DNA from: an uncultured Spirochaetales bacterium
Lineage (GTDB): Bacteria; UBP6; UBA1177
Length of the DNA: 64,000 nucleotides
Direction of reading: 5' to 3'
Assembly: GCA_964630905.1 (NCBI GenBank)
Contig: CAZVWR010000009.1
Location: 208 to 64,207, forward strand
Numbering within the stretch: position 1 is the first letter of the stretch; each line of letters starts with the position of its first letter. The notes under the pieces were generated by a model. That model did no database searches. It saw nothing but the letters and a program-made list of their open reading frames with translations, and was not told where the DNA came from. Both the position numbers and the translations under genes were made by a program. Positions 12,615-22,135 of the stretch are shown piece after piece.

Positions 12615-13801
12615 TTTATATCCCTCATTGCATTATGAACAGCCACACAGTCTTTTGCTTCCTTTATATCGTGAACTCTGATTATTGCAGTCCCTTTTTC
12701 AAGCAGTTTCGTGTTGAGCGCTACTGTTCCGGCGATCCTCTCAAGCGGATCTTTTCTTCCGGTAATATGCCCTATCATGCTTTTTCTGCTCACTCCGGCA
12801 AGTAGAGGCATGGCAAATGAATGGAAAACCTCAAGGTGTTTTATAATTGCGATATTGTGGTTGAGCTCTTTTCCAAAACCGATTCCCGGATCTAATATGA
12901 TGTTACTTTCGCTGACTCCTTTTGAAATTGCTGATTCTATGGAATTATTCAGAGTATACAGCATTTCAGTGAAAAGATCATCATAAAACGGATTGTTCTG
13001 CATAGTTTTGGGAGTTCCTTTCATATGCATTATCACAACAGGAACTTTTCTTTCAGCAGCAATGGCGGCCATATTTTGATCAAAAGTAAGTCCGCTGATA
13101 TCATTCACTATATCAGCTCCTGCATCAAGAGCCGATATTGCAACTTTGCTTTTTGTGGTATCGATCGATATTACAATCGAGGAAAATTTTTCTCTGATCG
13201 CTTTTATTACAGGGACAACTCTCTTTATTTCTTCACTTTCTTCAACAGTTGCCGCTCCATGACGGGTTGATTCTCCACCGATATCGATAATGTCCGCTCC
13301 GGCAAGGATCATTTTTTCTGCATGAGAAACTGCATTTTCAAATTTTGCAAATTTACCTCCGTCTGAGAATGAATCGGGAGTGACATTGAGAATTCCCATT
13401 ATCAAAGGACTCTGTGTATTTAATTTCTCTGATGAAAATGAGAACCACGGAGGTTTGTTTCCAATCATTTTTTCAATTTTTTCAGCGACTTCAGGCAATT
13501 TCCAGCATTGACATCTGAATTTCTCAAGTAAAGCCGGCAGGCGGTCTTCTCTTACTGAAAAGATCAGATCGGCCTTCGGATTTGAACAATTCACTGAATA
13601 TGCAGGAACGGCTGCTTCTCCGCCAAGAGAGAGAACATGCTGTTTAACAACATTGGCGGCTGGAGTGGAAATATCTGATATCATGAAGCTTTTCATTTTA
13701 AAACGGTCTTTCATTATAGATGTTCCGCTGTTTGAAACTTGAAGCTTTCTCATAAGTTCAGCGTATTCTTCATTTACAACATCAAATGGGAAGACCTGCA
13801 A
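12605..13801 (-). CDS. folP: dihydropteroate synthase with about 130-aa N-terminal extension
   Basis: 398 aa. TTG start preceded by GGAG. The core begins at LIMGILNVTPDSFSDGG and includes DIGGESTRHGA and VNDISG. Confidence 0.9.
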   Translation of the reverse strand: MQVFPFDVVNEEYAELMRKLQVSNSGTSIMKDRFKMKSFMISDISTPAANVVKQHVLSLGGEAAVPAYSVNCSNPKADLIFSVREDRLPALLEKFRCQCWKLPEVAEKIEKMIGNKPPWFSFSSEKLNTQSPLIMGILNVTPDSFSDGGKFAKFENAVSHAEKMILAGADIIDIGGESTRHGAATVEESEEIKRVVPVIKAIREKFSSIVISIDTTKSKVAISALDAGADIVNDISGLTFDQNMAAIAAERKVPVVIMHMKGTPKTMQNNPFYDDLFTEMLYTLNNSIESAISKGVSESNIILDPGIGFGKELNHNIAIIKHLEVFHSFAMPLLAGVSRKSMIGHITGRKDPLERIAGTVALNTKLLEKGTAIIRVHDIKEAKDCVAVHNAMRDIKCY

Positions 13802-13812
13802 AATTCCGCTCC

Positions 13813-14832
13813 TTAAAAATATTCAGCCATGAACTGTTCGATCTCGATCGTTGTTTCGGTGGTATTAACCCCGTACGCCCCTTTCATTCCAAGTTCTATA
13901 TCCGACAGTTTCTTTAATGCTTTCAACAATGTAATGTTTTTATATTTTCCTGCGATGTTCACTGCATTGTTCTTAAGATAGAAAAGTCTGTTCTTTGTCA
14001 GGTATGAAAAAAATTCGTTCCCCCTGTTCTCCTTGAGCAGTATCCTTCCTTTCATCAAAGCCCTGAAATGTTTAAAGAACATTGAAATTATCAAAGGATT
14101 TACTTTGTAGTCACCTTCTGTAACAAGGGTTTCCCTGTAAAGTTTCACCGCCTGCGGAACCATTCCGGCTGAGAGAAGGTCCATAATGCGGAATATCACC
14201 TGTTCGCTCAGTCCGTTGAGTATTTCATCAGCACTTTCATAACTTATGTATTCAAGACCTTTCACCGATGCAAACAGCTTGATCTTCTCAATTTCGGAAT
14301 GGATGTAGAACATATCCTGATTTTCGATGTTGAGAAAGAATGAGATAAGTCTTTCGTCAGCAGAGAAAGGCTTGAATTCCGATATTACGAAACTTCTAAG
14401 CTCATTGGCTGAAGGGATGGAGACAGGATGATATATTCTATCCATTTTCTGCAATGATTTAAAGAACTTAGTCCTTTTGTCCATCTCTGTTACAAAGACT
14501 ATGAGAAAATTCAGCGGCTCGCAGTTATCAATATAAGATTCAAGCATGTCCCTTTCCTTGTCGTTCAGCTTTTCGGCAAGCTCAAGAACAACGATCTTCT
14601 GTGAACAGAAAAAACCGATCTCGCGTGCAGTATTAACAGCTTCCTGTACCACATTCTTCCCGTCGTTCATATCAAGAAAAAAGAGGTCTGCCCCGTTCTT
14701 TTGTGCGGTATATTCACGAAGTTCCTCTTTCATTTTTCTGATGATGTATCTTTCGGCGGAGTGAATGAAGAATATTCCGCCGTTATTGTCAAACGGTACA
14801 AGATCTTTTATGGACGGTGGAAACTTTTTCAT
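13813..14832 (-). CDS. holA: DNA polymerase III delta subunit (probable)
   Basis: 339 aa, of holA size and helical C-terminal character, immediately downstream of leuS as in many bacteria. The call rests on context and general pattern, not a sharp motif. Confidence 0.6.
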   Translation of the reverse strand: MKKFPPSIKDLVPFDNNGGIFFIHSAERYIIRKMKEELREYTAQKNGADLFFLDMNDGKNVVQEAVNTAREIGFFCSQKIVVLELAEKLNDKERDMLESYIDNCEPLNFLIVFVTEMDKRTKFFKSLQKMDRIYHPVSIPSANELRSFVISEFKPFSADERLISFFLNIENQDMFYIHSEIEKIKLFASVKGLEYISYESADEILNGLSEQVIFRIMDLLSAGMVPQAVKLYRETLVTEGDYKVNPLIISMFFKHFRALMKGRILLKENRGNEFFSYLTKNRLFYLKNNAVNIAGKYKNITLLKALKKLSDIELGMKGAYGVNTTETTIEIEQFMAEYF

Positions 14833-14834
14833 AA

Positions 14835-17381
14835 TTATCCGACAATGTTTATCAGTTTTCCGGGAACATAAACTATTTTCTTTATTTCACCACTGTTTAA
14901 AAATTTTGAGTAATCTTTGGATCTTACTGTTTTTTCAACATCTTCCTTCGTTGCGTCTGCACTGAATGTTATTCTGTCCCTGAGCTTTCCGTTGACCTGA
15001 ACGATAACGAGTATTTCATCTTTGATAAGAGCCGATTCATCCGGTTCAGGGAAATGGGATTCAGACAGAAGTTTCATTCCGCATGTTTGTGCAAGCTCTT
15101 CAGTGATGTGAGGTGCGAATGGATTTAAAAGGTGGATCAGATTCTTCAACGCTTCGCCGAGAATATTGTTCTGCTCTTCATTTTCAGGTTTGAACTTATA
15201 ACAACTGTTCAGAAGTTCCATAATTGCACTTATTGCAGTGTTGAAATGAAACCGCTGTATCTCGTCAGTCACTTTTTTAATTGTTTCGTGAGTTTTGTTC
15301 CAGAGTTCTTTTCCTTCACCCTCAGCTTTATCAACCTTTTTACTGGTTTTAACAAGTTCAGCGTTCTGGTTTACGATGTTCCAGACCCTGATAATAAAAC
15401 GGCTGCACCCTTCAACTCCGTCTTCGGACCATTCAAGATCTTTTTCGGGCGGAGCGGCAAAAAGGACAAAAAGACGGGCGGTATCGGCACCGTATTTTTC
15501 GATGAGCCGCACAGGATCGACAACATTTTTCTTTGATTTGCTCATTTTTTCGACCCTGCCGATCTTCACGGGAGTGTCGTTCTTCTTCTCAAAATACGAT
15601 CCGTCTTTTGAATATACTTCTTCCGGGTATAAGTATCCAACTCCATTGTGATAAGTCTCCATGCAGACCATCCCTTGTGTGAGCAGGTTCTTAACCGGTT
15701 CCCTGAAGCTTACATATCCGAGATCGGCAAGCACTTTCGTAAAAAAACGGGTGTAGAGAAGGTGCATTACAGCGTGTTCAACTCCGCCGATATACTGATC
15801 AACCGGCATTGCACGGTCAACTTCTGCTTTTGAGAAGGGTTCATTCACGCTTTTCGGATCGCAGTATTTCATGTGATACCAGGAACTTTCAACAAATGTG
15901 TCCATTGTGTCGGTCTCTCTTCTTGCCTTTCCACCACATTCAGGACAGACAGTTTCATAGAATTCAGGCATATCCTTCAAAGGGCTTGTCGCACCGGAAA
16001 ATGCAACATTTTCAGGAAGTCTCACAGGAAGGTTTTCAATTTTTTCAGGAACAGTTCCGCATTTATCGCAGTATATGACAGGAATAGGAGTTCCCCAGTA
16101 TCTCTGACGGCTTATTCCCCAGTCACGGAGACGGTAATTGATCCCTGTCCTGCCCTTTCCGTCCCTAATCAGATGGTCGCTTACAGCTTTTTTCCCTTCT
16201 GTTGAGGTAATGCCGTTGAAAATACCGCTGTTCACCATGATTCCCGGTTCAGTGTAAGCCGCTTCAAGAGGAATTGTCAGTTCGCCGCTTTCCGGCTGAA
16301 TTACGATCTGAACCGGCAGTCCGTATTTCCGAGCAAATTCAAAATCTCTCTGATCGTGTGCAGGAACCGCCATTACGACACCTGTTCCGTAATCGGCAAG
16401 AACGAAATTTGCAAAATAAAGCGGAACCTTCCTTCCGTCAACAGGATGGATCAGGTTGTATCCTGTGAAAAACCCTTTCTTTTCGTAATCATCATCTCTT
16501 GTCTCAAGATGGAGTTTTTTTACTTCGTTAATGAAATCCTTCATCTCATGAGGGTTTTCTGTGTTCTCGACAAAGAACTGTGCCATTTCGTGCTCAACAG
16601 CCATGCTTGCAAATGTCACTCCCATCAGAGTATCAGGCCTGGTAGTGAAAACTGTGACAGTTTTATCTGTCCCTTCAAGTTGAAAGTCGATATATGTGCC
16701 GGTGCTTCTTCCTATCCAGTTTCTCTGCATCTCCTTTACATGATCAGGCCATCCGGGAAGTTCATCAAGGGAGTCAAGAAGTTCTCCGGCGTAATCGGTA
16801 ATCTTGAAATACCACTGCTCGATCTTTTTCTTCTCAACTTCACAACCGTGCCGCCAGCAGGTTCCGTCTTCCACCTGTTCATTTGCAAGAACCGTATTGC
16901 ACTGCGGACACCAGTTCACTTCGCTGTTCTTTTTATAGACCAGCCCTTTGTTGAGCATTTCAATAAAAAAACGCTGTTCCCATTTGTAGTAATCGGGGGA
17001 ACATGTTGCGATCTCCCTGTCCCAGTCGTATGAGAATCCGAGCTGAAAAAACCGTTCTCTCATATTGTCAATGTTGCTGTATGTCCATTTGGCAGGAGGG
17101 ATCCCGTTCTCAATAGCGGCATTTTCCGCCGGAAGTCCGAAAGCATCCCATCCCATCGGGTGAAGCACATCATATCCTTTTCTGAAGTAATATCTTGAGA
17201 CCACATCACCGATTGAATAGTTTCTGACATGTCCCATATGGAGTTTTCCTGAAGGGTATGGGAACATTTCAAGCATATAATATTTCGGTTTACCTGACTG
17301 AACCCCCTTGTATTTAAAATTGTCGGAAGTTCTCCATTTTTTCTGCCAAACGGGCTCAATTACAGAATGATCATAAAACAT
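14835..17381 (-). CDS. leuS: leucyl-tRNA synthetase
   Basis: HIGH motif (KLHMGHVRNY) and KMSKS (VEKMSKSKKN). I prefer the start at MFYDHSV (17381) because GGAGG lies 4 nt upstream. The track start at 17417 would overlap the upstream gene. Confidence 0.97.
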   Translation of the reverse strand: MFYDHSVIEPVWQKKWRTSDNFKYKGVQSGKPKYYMLEMFPYPSGKLHMGHVRNYSIGDVVSRYYFRKGYDVLHPMGWDAFGLPAENAAIENGIPPAKWTYSNIDNMRERFFQLGFSYDWDREIATCSPDYYKWEQRFFIEMLNKGLVYKKNSEVNWCPQCNTVLANEQVEDGTCWRHGCEVEKKKIEQWYFKITDYAGELLDSLDELPGWPDHVKEMQRNWIGRSTGTYIDFQLEGTDKTVTVFTTRPDTLMGVTFASMAVEHEMAQFFVENTENPHEMKDFINEVKKLHLETRDDDYEKKGFFTGYNLIHPVDGRKVPLYFANFVLADYGTGVVMAVPAHDQRDFEFARKYGLPVQIVIQPESGELTIPLEAAYTEPGIMVNSGIFNGITSTEGKKAVSDHLIRDGKGRTGINYRLRDWGISRQRYWGTPIPVIYCDKCGTVPEKIENLPVRLPENVAFSGATSPLKDMPEFYETVCPECGGKARRETDTMDTFVESSWYHMKYCDPKSVNEPFSKAEVDRAMPVDQYIGGVEHAVMHLLYTRFFTKVLADLGYVSFREPVKNLLTQGMVCMETYHNGVGYLYPEEVYSKDGSYFEKKNDTPVKIGRVEKMSKSKKNVVDPVRLIEKYGADTARLFVLFAAPPEKDLEWSEDGVEGCSRFIIRVWNIVNQNAELVKTSKKVDKAEGEGKELWNKTHETIKKVTDEIQRFHFNTAISAIMELLNSCYKFKPENEEQNNILGEALKNLIHLLNPFAPHITEELAQTCGMKLLSESHFPEPDESALIKDEILVIVQVNGKLRDRITFSADATKEDVEKTVRSKDYSKFLNSGEIKKIVYVPGKLINIVG

Positions 17382-17400
17382 TTTTCCTCCGGAATGAGAT

Positions 17401-19839
17401 TCATTTTTCTGTGGCAATTACAGAAATTTTAAAAAATTTCTTTATAAATTCATATAGTTCTTTCTGTTTTTGTTCTTTAAGTTTTTCAGAGATGTCACTT
17501 ATTTTTTCAAACTCTTTCCTGCCCGGTGTCATTTCTGCCAGAAGATTTTTCTTAAGATAAGCAATGAGCTTGCCCTCCTGACCTTGTGCAACCATGATCT
17601 CTGCATTAAGAAATACTAGATAATTGTGGTAATATAGTTTGCCTGGAGAAAGGAACTCCTCATTATCAAGAAGATATTTTATCCCGTCTTTAGCTTTGGT
17701 AAAATCACCTTGATAGTATGTGATTTCAGCCGCAAGCAGAAGTCCCGGCATAAAATAAGGGTTGCATTCAAGAAGAGCGTCTATCATCCCGAAAGTTCTC
17801 TGCTTATCCCCTAAATTCCTGAAAGATTCAGCTTTAAGGTGAAGAAAAGCCGGCTCACATTTCTCAAGCGATGACATTTTTTTCTCAACTTCCTTTGAAA
17901 CTATTTCATATTCTCCATTCTTGAACAGTTCCAACTGCTCTCTGAAAAATATCCACAGAGAATCTATAGTCTGATCCTTGTGAAGGACAGAATCGGCAAG
18001 TTCAAAAAGCATGTATCTGTTGTAAATATCGGAAAGTGTTCTGGCGGCTGATGGATCTCCCTTCAGTTTTTCTAGATTCTGGACGGCCTGAAAAACTGCT
18101 CCCTGCCGGATGTATTCCTCGATGATCCTGAACTTGTTGTCAGAAGATTCGAGTTCATAAAGTCGTTCAAGTATTTTTATCGTTTCCCTGATATCGTTCC
18201 TTCTGTTGAGAACATCAAGATATGAATAGAGAACCGGGATGCTCCCGGGATTTTTTTCAGCAAGGTCTTTTATCTGAGTGTAATAAAGCTCCTCTTTTGA
18301 GAGCCTGTATTTCATTCTGAGTATTTTTGCAGTGATTTCTATCGTCTGGTTTTTTTTGTTTATCTCTTCATATATCGCAACAGCTTCTTCAAAATAGCCA
18401 TTCCTTTCACTGCACTCTCCTCCCTTCATCAGGGTTGCATCATCAACGCTGCCTGTGAAAAATTGAGTGAGTTCCCTGAACGAGAAATAACAGTTGCTCA
18501 AATCTCCGTCAGCGTAACTTGTTTCAATTACAAGTTTTATATCATCAGCATCTCTTTTGTTCTCTTTCTGTTCTTTCATATAAAGTGCCATTCTCGAGGC
18601 TTCACGCGTAAGCCCTTTCCGGATGAAATATTCAACAGTTTCCCTGCAGAAATGTCTCCCGGGGCATACAGAATAAAATCCGTCAGAGATAACCTTATCA
18701 TTATCTGCAGCTCTGCCGAGCAGGATTTTTGCTTCTCCGAGAAAATATCTTTCCTGACTGACGGTCTTCCACTGTTCAAGGACTGCAAGTTCAGCCGATA
18801 TGTCTGAAAGAACTATGTTCCCGGAAATGGATGAAGCAGCTTTCAACATAATTTTCAATTTGTGTGAAAGTTCATAACCGGGAAATGCCGTAAGTATTCT
18901 CTCGTTGATGTCAGAGGATCTGCTGTAATCCTTTTTTCTGAAAAGCATCAGGGCTTTGTAAAAGGATTCTCTTAAATTCTTCTTTGTTATCACTTCTGGT
19001 CCAGTCAAATTAAGAAGGTTTATTTCATTCATTGATCCTGGATAGTCGACATCAAGTTTGTGATAAAGCTCTGCTCCTTGAGGCACGGAACCTGATTCAA
19101 TGTAGTCTGTTATCATCTGAAGCTGTTTTTCCTTCGCGGAAACCAGAGTGGAGAAAATTTTAAACTGTGACAACTCCTCCTGCGAATCAATGTGAAAGTC
19201 TAAAACGGCATAGGAATGAATCCACAAAATGTTCTTTTTCAGAGGATCGCCGATATTTTCACGGATGTCAATGATCTTAAGGTCCCTTATCCGGCTCATA
19301 TAGTCTGCATATGTCAAAGAGGTGAAACTGGTTTCAGGATCTTCAAGCATCTTGTTATATTTATCCGCCCTGTCTTCTCTGAAAATAAAATATGCAAGAA
19401 CAATTAGTGCAGATATGATAAGAGTGAGTAGAAAAATATTCTTATATTTGAGATTCCGGTAATGTTCACTGTTTTCAAGACGGGGTTCAATTACAAGAAT
19501 CTTTTTCAGTGAATCGTTCGCCCCCTGAACGGATCCTGTATTCTGAGAATCATTTATTCCGAAATTCTCGAGCTCCCTTTTTGCGGCAAAATGATTTGGA
19601 TTATTTAGGATAACTTTTCTGAGTTCTTCAGCGCCCTTCTCTCTTTTACCTGTATTGAGAAGTGCGATACCGTTATAGAAATGGATCTCGGGAGTTTCAC
19701 TGCCGTTCCATCCTGAAACAGTTTCTATCATCGTTTCCCAGAGTTTTTCCTTTTTGCATTCCTCAAGGTATTCGATAAGAGATGTGAGTGTAGGATTTGA
19801 TGTGTACTGCTCTTTAAGTATTTCTATCCGTCTGCTCAT
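17401..19839 (-). CDS. large TPR-repeat protein with one internal TM segment
   Basis: 812 aa with helical repeats throughout and a TM at FLLTLIISALIVLAYFIF. Its start overlaps the upstream stop (ATGA). Confidence 0.6.
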   Translation of the reverse strand: MSRRIEILKEQYTSNPTLTSLIEYLEECKKEKLWETMIETVSGWNGSETPEIHFYNGIALLNTGKREKGAEELRKVILNNPNHFAAKRELENFGINDSQNTGSVQGANDSLKKILVIEPRLENSEHYRNLKYKNIFLLTLIISALIVLAYFIFREDRADKYNKMLEDPETSFTSLTYADYMSRIRDLKIIDIRENIGDPLKKNILWIHSYAVLDFHIDSQEELSQFKIFSTLVSAKEKQLQMITDYIESGSVPQGAELYHKLDVDYPGSMNEINLLNLTGPEVITKKNLRESFYKALMLFRKKDYSRSSDINERILTAFPGYELSHKLKIMLKAASSISGNIVLSDISAELAVLEQWKTVSQERYFLGEAKILLGRAADNDKVISDGFYSVCPGRHFCRETVEYFIRKGLTREASRMALYMKEQKENKRDADDIKLVIETSYADGDLSNCYFSFRELTQFFTGSVDDATLMKGGECSERNGYFEEAVAIYEEINKKNQTIEITAKILRMKYRLSKEELYYTQIKDLAEKNPGSIPVLYSYLDVLNRRNDIRETIKILERLYELESSDNKFRIIEEYIRQGAVFQAVQNLEKLKGDPSAARTLSDIYNRYMLFELADSVLHKDQTIDSLWIFFREQLELFKNGEYEIVSKEVEKKMSSLEKCEPAFLHLKAESFRNLGDKQRTFGMIDALLECNPYFMPGLLLAAEITYYQGDFTKAKDGIKYLLDNEEFLSPGKLYYHNYLVFLNAEIMVAQGQEGKLIAYLKKNLLAEMTPGRKEFEKISDISEKLKEQKQKELYEFIKKFFKISVIATEK

Positions 19840-20735
19840 CAGCGGTAGACCCCTCTTCTTTCTTCAGGGTGAAGCATGGCAACCTTTTTTCCAAGATAAT
19901 CCATGATGTCCTGTTTTACAGTGGAAGAGAAAGGAATTGTTTTTGCAATATCCCTGATATTTTCAGGTTCCCCGATACTTATTGCGGCATCTGTTTTATG
20001 AAGATTGGGACACGATATCGGAAGAAATTTATCTCCGCCGACTACCGAAACGGGAAGAACAAGGACATTTTCGTCTGTATCGATAAGCCGGTAAACTCCC
20101 TGAAGAAATTGATTGAGAGACCCGTCTCTGCTTCTTTTACCTTCAGGAAAGACAAGAAATATTTTCACTTTTTCCTTTATATCTTCTGCACATTTGGATG
20201 CCGCTCTTGCTATCACCCTTATCGGATAAGGCACTTCAAGGGTTGCGACAGACTGTGACTGGGCAATTAAAAGTGAATGGAAATGCATGCTTGCAAATTT
20301 TCTCAAAGGATGGGAAAAAACTTTCGGACCGGCGATCACTGAAAGATCATCTTCAAAACCGTACTCTTTGAAATATTTACTGAACGCCACTGCGATGATA
20401 TTTGCATCGGAATAGCTCAAATGATTTGAGACAATGACAATTCGTGCAACTTTTCCTTCTTTTAAGATCTGAAGGGCAGTTCTTAAGTTCTGATCGTTGC
20501 GGATCTCCATGGGAACCATTTTTTCAATAACTCTTTCAAGGCAGAGCCGAACGAGCTTTGACCCTTCCGAAAATCCCCAGTCAGTTCCGGCAGTATCATA
20601 TTTCTCAAGAAAATCAGCAACTAAGCTTTCATCGACTGTGTTAAGAAATTCTCTGACAACTGGAATGACATCTTCGGGAAGTGTTTCTTCCCAACCTTTA
20701 AGTACTTCGATTATTTTTCTTTTCAGCTCAGACAT
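19839..20735 (-). CDS. PlsC-family (lysophospholipid) acyltransferase
   Basis: 298 aa. HX4D motif in VSNHLSYSDANI. FPEGKRSRDG motif. Confidence 0.75.
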   Translation of the reverse strand: MSELKRKIIEVLKGWEETLPEDVIPVVREFLNTVDESLVADFLEKYDTAGTDWGFSEGSKLVRLCLERVIEKMVPMEIRNDQNLRTALQILKEGKVARIVIVSNHLSYSDANIIAVAFSKYFKEYGFEDDLSVIAGPKVFSHPLRKFASMHFHSLLIAQSQSVATLEVPYPIRVIARAASKCAEDIKEKVKIFLVFPEGKRSRDGSLNQFLQGVYRLIDTDENVLVLPVSVVGGDKFLPISCPNLHKTDAAISIGEPENIRDIAKTIPFSSTVKQDIMDYLGKKVAMLHPEERRGVYR

Positions 20736-20883
20736 TATCAGGTTCTTCTCCTATAATAATTAACAAAGAGAGTATTTCTTATACCAGTATCACTAAAAAA
20801 ATCAAGATAACACCACTTTATAAAAATCCCGATAAATTACAAAAGCAAAGTTTTTTGTTGACAATTAAGCGTGCAAGAGTAGG

Positions 20884-20912
20884 ATATTTTTAAATATTCG
20901 CTGTTCGCGAAT
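20884..20912 (+). promoter_or_regulatory. two adjacent palindromes (candidate operator) in front of 20931..21446
   Basis: ATATTT-tt-AAATAT (20884-20897) and ATTCGC-tgttc-GCGAAT (20896-20912). Both lie just downstream of TTGACA (20858-20863) and 19 nt upstream of the GTG start. Confidence 0.4.
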
Positions 20913-20930
20913 GGCGTATGAGGTAAAAGA

Positions 20931-21446
20931 GTGAAGTCGCAGGACATTTTAGTTTTATTCAAATTGCTTATTTCAGGTGGAAGATCAGTGCCCTATTCTG
21001 AATTTGCAAAAGAGATTTTTTTATCAACTTCTGAGCTTCACGCTTCAATAAAAAGATCTGAAAAGAGCGGTCTTTTTTCCGCTGATACCAACAGGGTTAT
21101 TGTTTCTGCTTTAAAAGAGTTCATGTTTCACGGAGCAAAATATGTTTTCCCTGTTGAGCTGGGGATGACTACTCGCGGAATCCCTACAAGTTTTGGAGCA
21201 GAACCCTTAAAAAGCGAGCTTTCTCAAAGCGATATTGAAATACCGGTTTGGCCCGATGCAGAAGGAACTCATCGGGGAATTTCTTTTTCTCCGATATATA
21301 AAACTGTTTGCGAAGCTGCAAAAAAAGATGAAAGACTTTACCGGCTACTTATACTTTTTGATGCTTTGAGAGGTGGCAGAACAAGAGAAAGGACTGTTGC
21401 AAAAGAATTAATGGAACGGGAGATTGAGCTGTATGCCAAAGATTAA
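20931..21446 (+). CDS. winged-helix DNA-binding protein, putative antitoxin/regulator
   Basis: 171 aa with a GTG start after GAGG. The N-terminus (DILVLFKLLISGGRSVPYSEFAKEIFLSTSELHASIKRSEKSGLF) looks like a wHTH. It overlaps the downstream NTase gene by 14 nt. Confidence 0.5.
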   Translation: MKSQDILVLFKLLISGGRSVPYSEFAKEIFLSTSELHASIKRSEKSGLFSADTNRVIVSALKEFMFHGAKYVFPVELGMTTRGIPTSFGAEPLKSELSQSDIEIPVWPDAEGTHRGISFSPIYKTVCEAAKKDERLYRLLILFDALRGGRTRERTVAKELMEREIELYAKD

Positions 21447-22131
21447 TACAGATGATATGTTAAGAATCCATAAAAGTTTGAAGTCGGCTGGTTTGGATTT
21501 TGTTTTCATCGGTGGCGGCATACTTGGTTTTTTGATTGATGACCCTCTGGCATCTCCCGTGAGAACGACGATTGATATTGATGTCGTGCTTGACATTCTC
21601 ACTGATCCTGGACAGACTCTGCTTGAGGAAAAACTTAGTTCAGCCGGCTTTAAACATGATATGAGCGATCGTGCTCCCCGTTGTCGCTGGATATTTAACA
21701 ACATTAAAGTTGACATACTTTCAACTAGAGACAAATTTTCAGGAATGAATTTGAAGTGGCTTCAGGAAACTGTTTCAAATCCTTTTGAAATAAAAAAAGA
21801 TGAAACTGTTTTTAAAATCGCATCACCGGCATGTTTTATTGCTATGAAACTTGAAGCTTTTAAGGACCGCGGGATGGAAGATTATCTGGGCAGCCGGGAT
21901 ATAGAAGATGTGATATCAGTAATCGACGGAAGATCTTCAATTGTTGAAGAAATTAAAAGTTCTGATCCACAAGTTGTTAAATTTATTTCAAAAACAATAG
22001 CAGAATTACTACAAAAAAATGAATTTATAGCTTCAATAGCAGGTCATCTTATGCCTGATCAGGCAAGTCAGAAAAGAAGATTAATTGTTATTGAGCGGCT
22101 TAACAGGATCAGTCAATTGCAGGGAGATTAA
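21433..22131 (+). CDS. nucleotidyltransferase-fold protein (AbiEii/MenT-like class, family not identified)
   Basis: About 232 aa from the ATG at 21433. Minimal NTase signature FIGGGILGFLIDDPLASPVRTTIDIDVVL (GG...DxD). C-terminal helical part with MKLEAFKDRG..DIEDV. Confidence 0.55.
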   Translation: MPKINTDDMLRIHKSLKSAGLDFVFIGGGILGFLIDDPLASPVRTTIDIDVVLDILTDPGQTLLEEKLSSAGFKHDMSDRAPRCRWIFNNIKVDILSTRDKFSGMNLKWLQETVSNPFEIKKDETVFKIASPACFIAMKLEAFKDRGMEDYLGSRDIEDVISVIDGRSSIVEEIKSSDPQVVKFISKTIAELLQKNEFIASIAGHLMPDQASQKRRLIVIERLNRISQLQGD

Positions 22132-22135
22132 ACTT

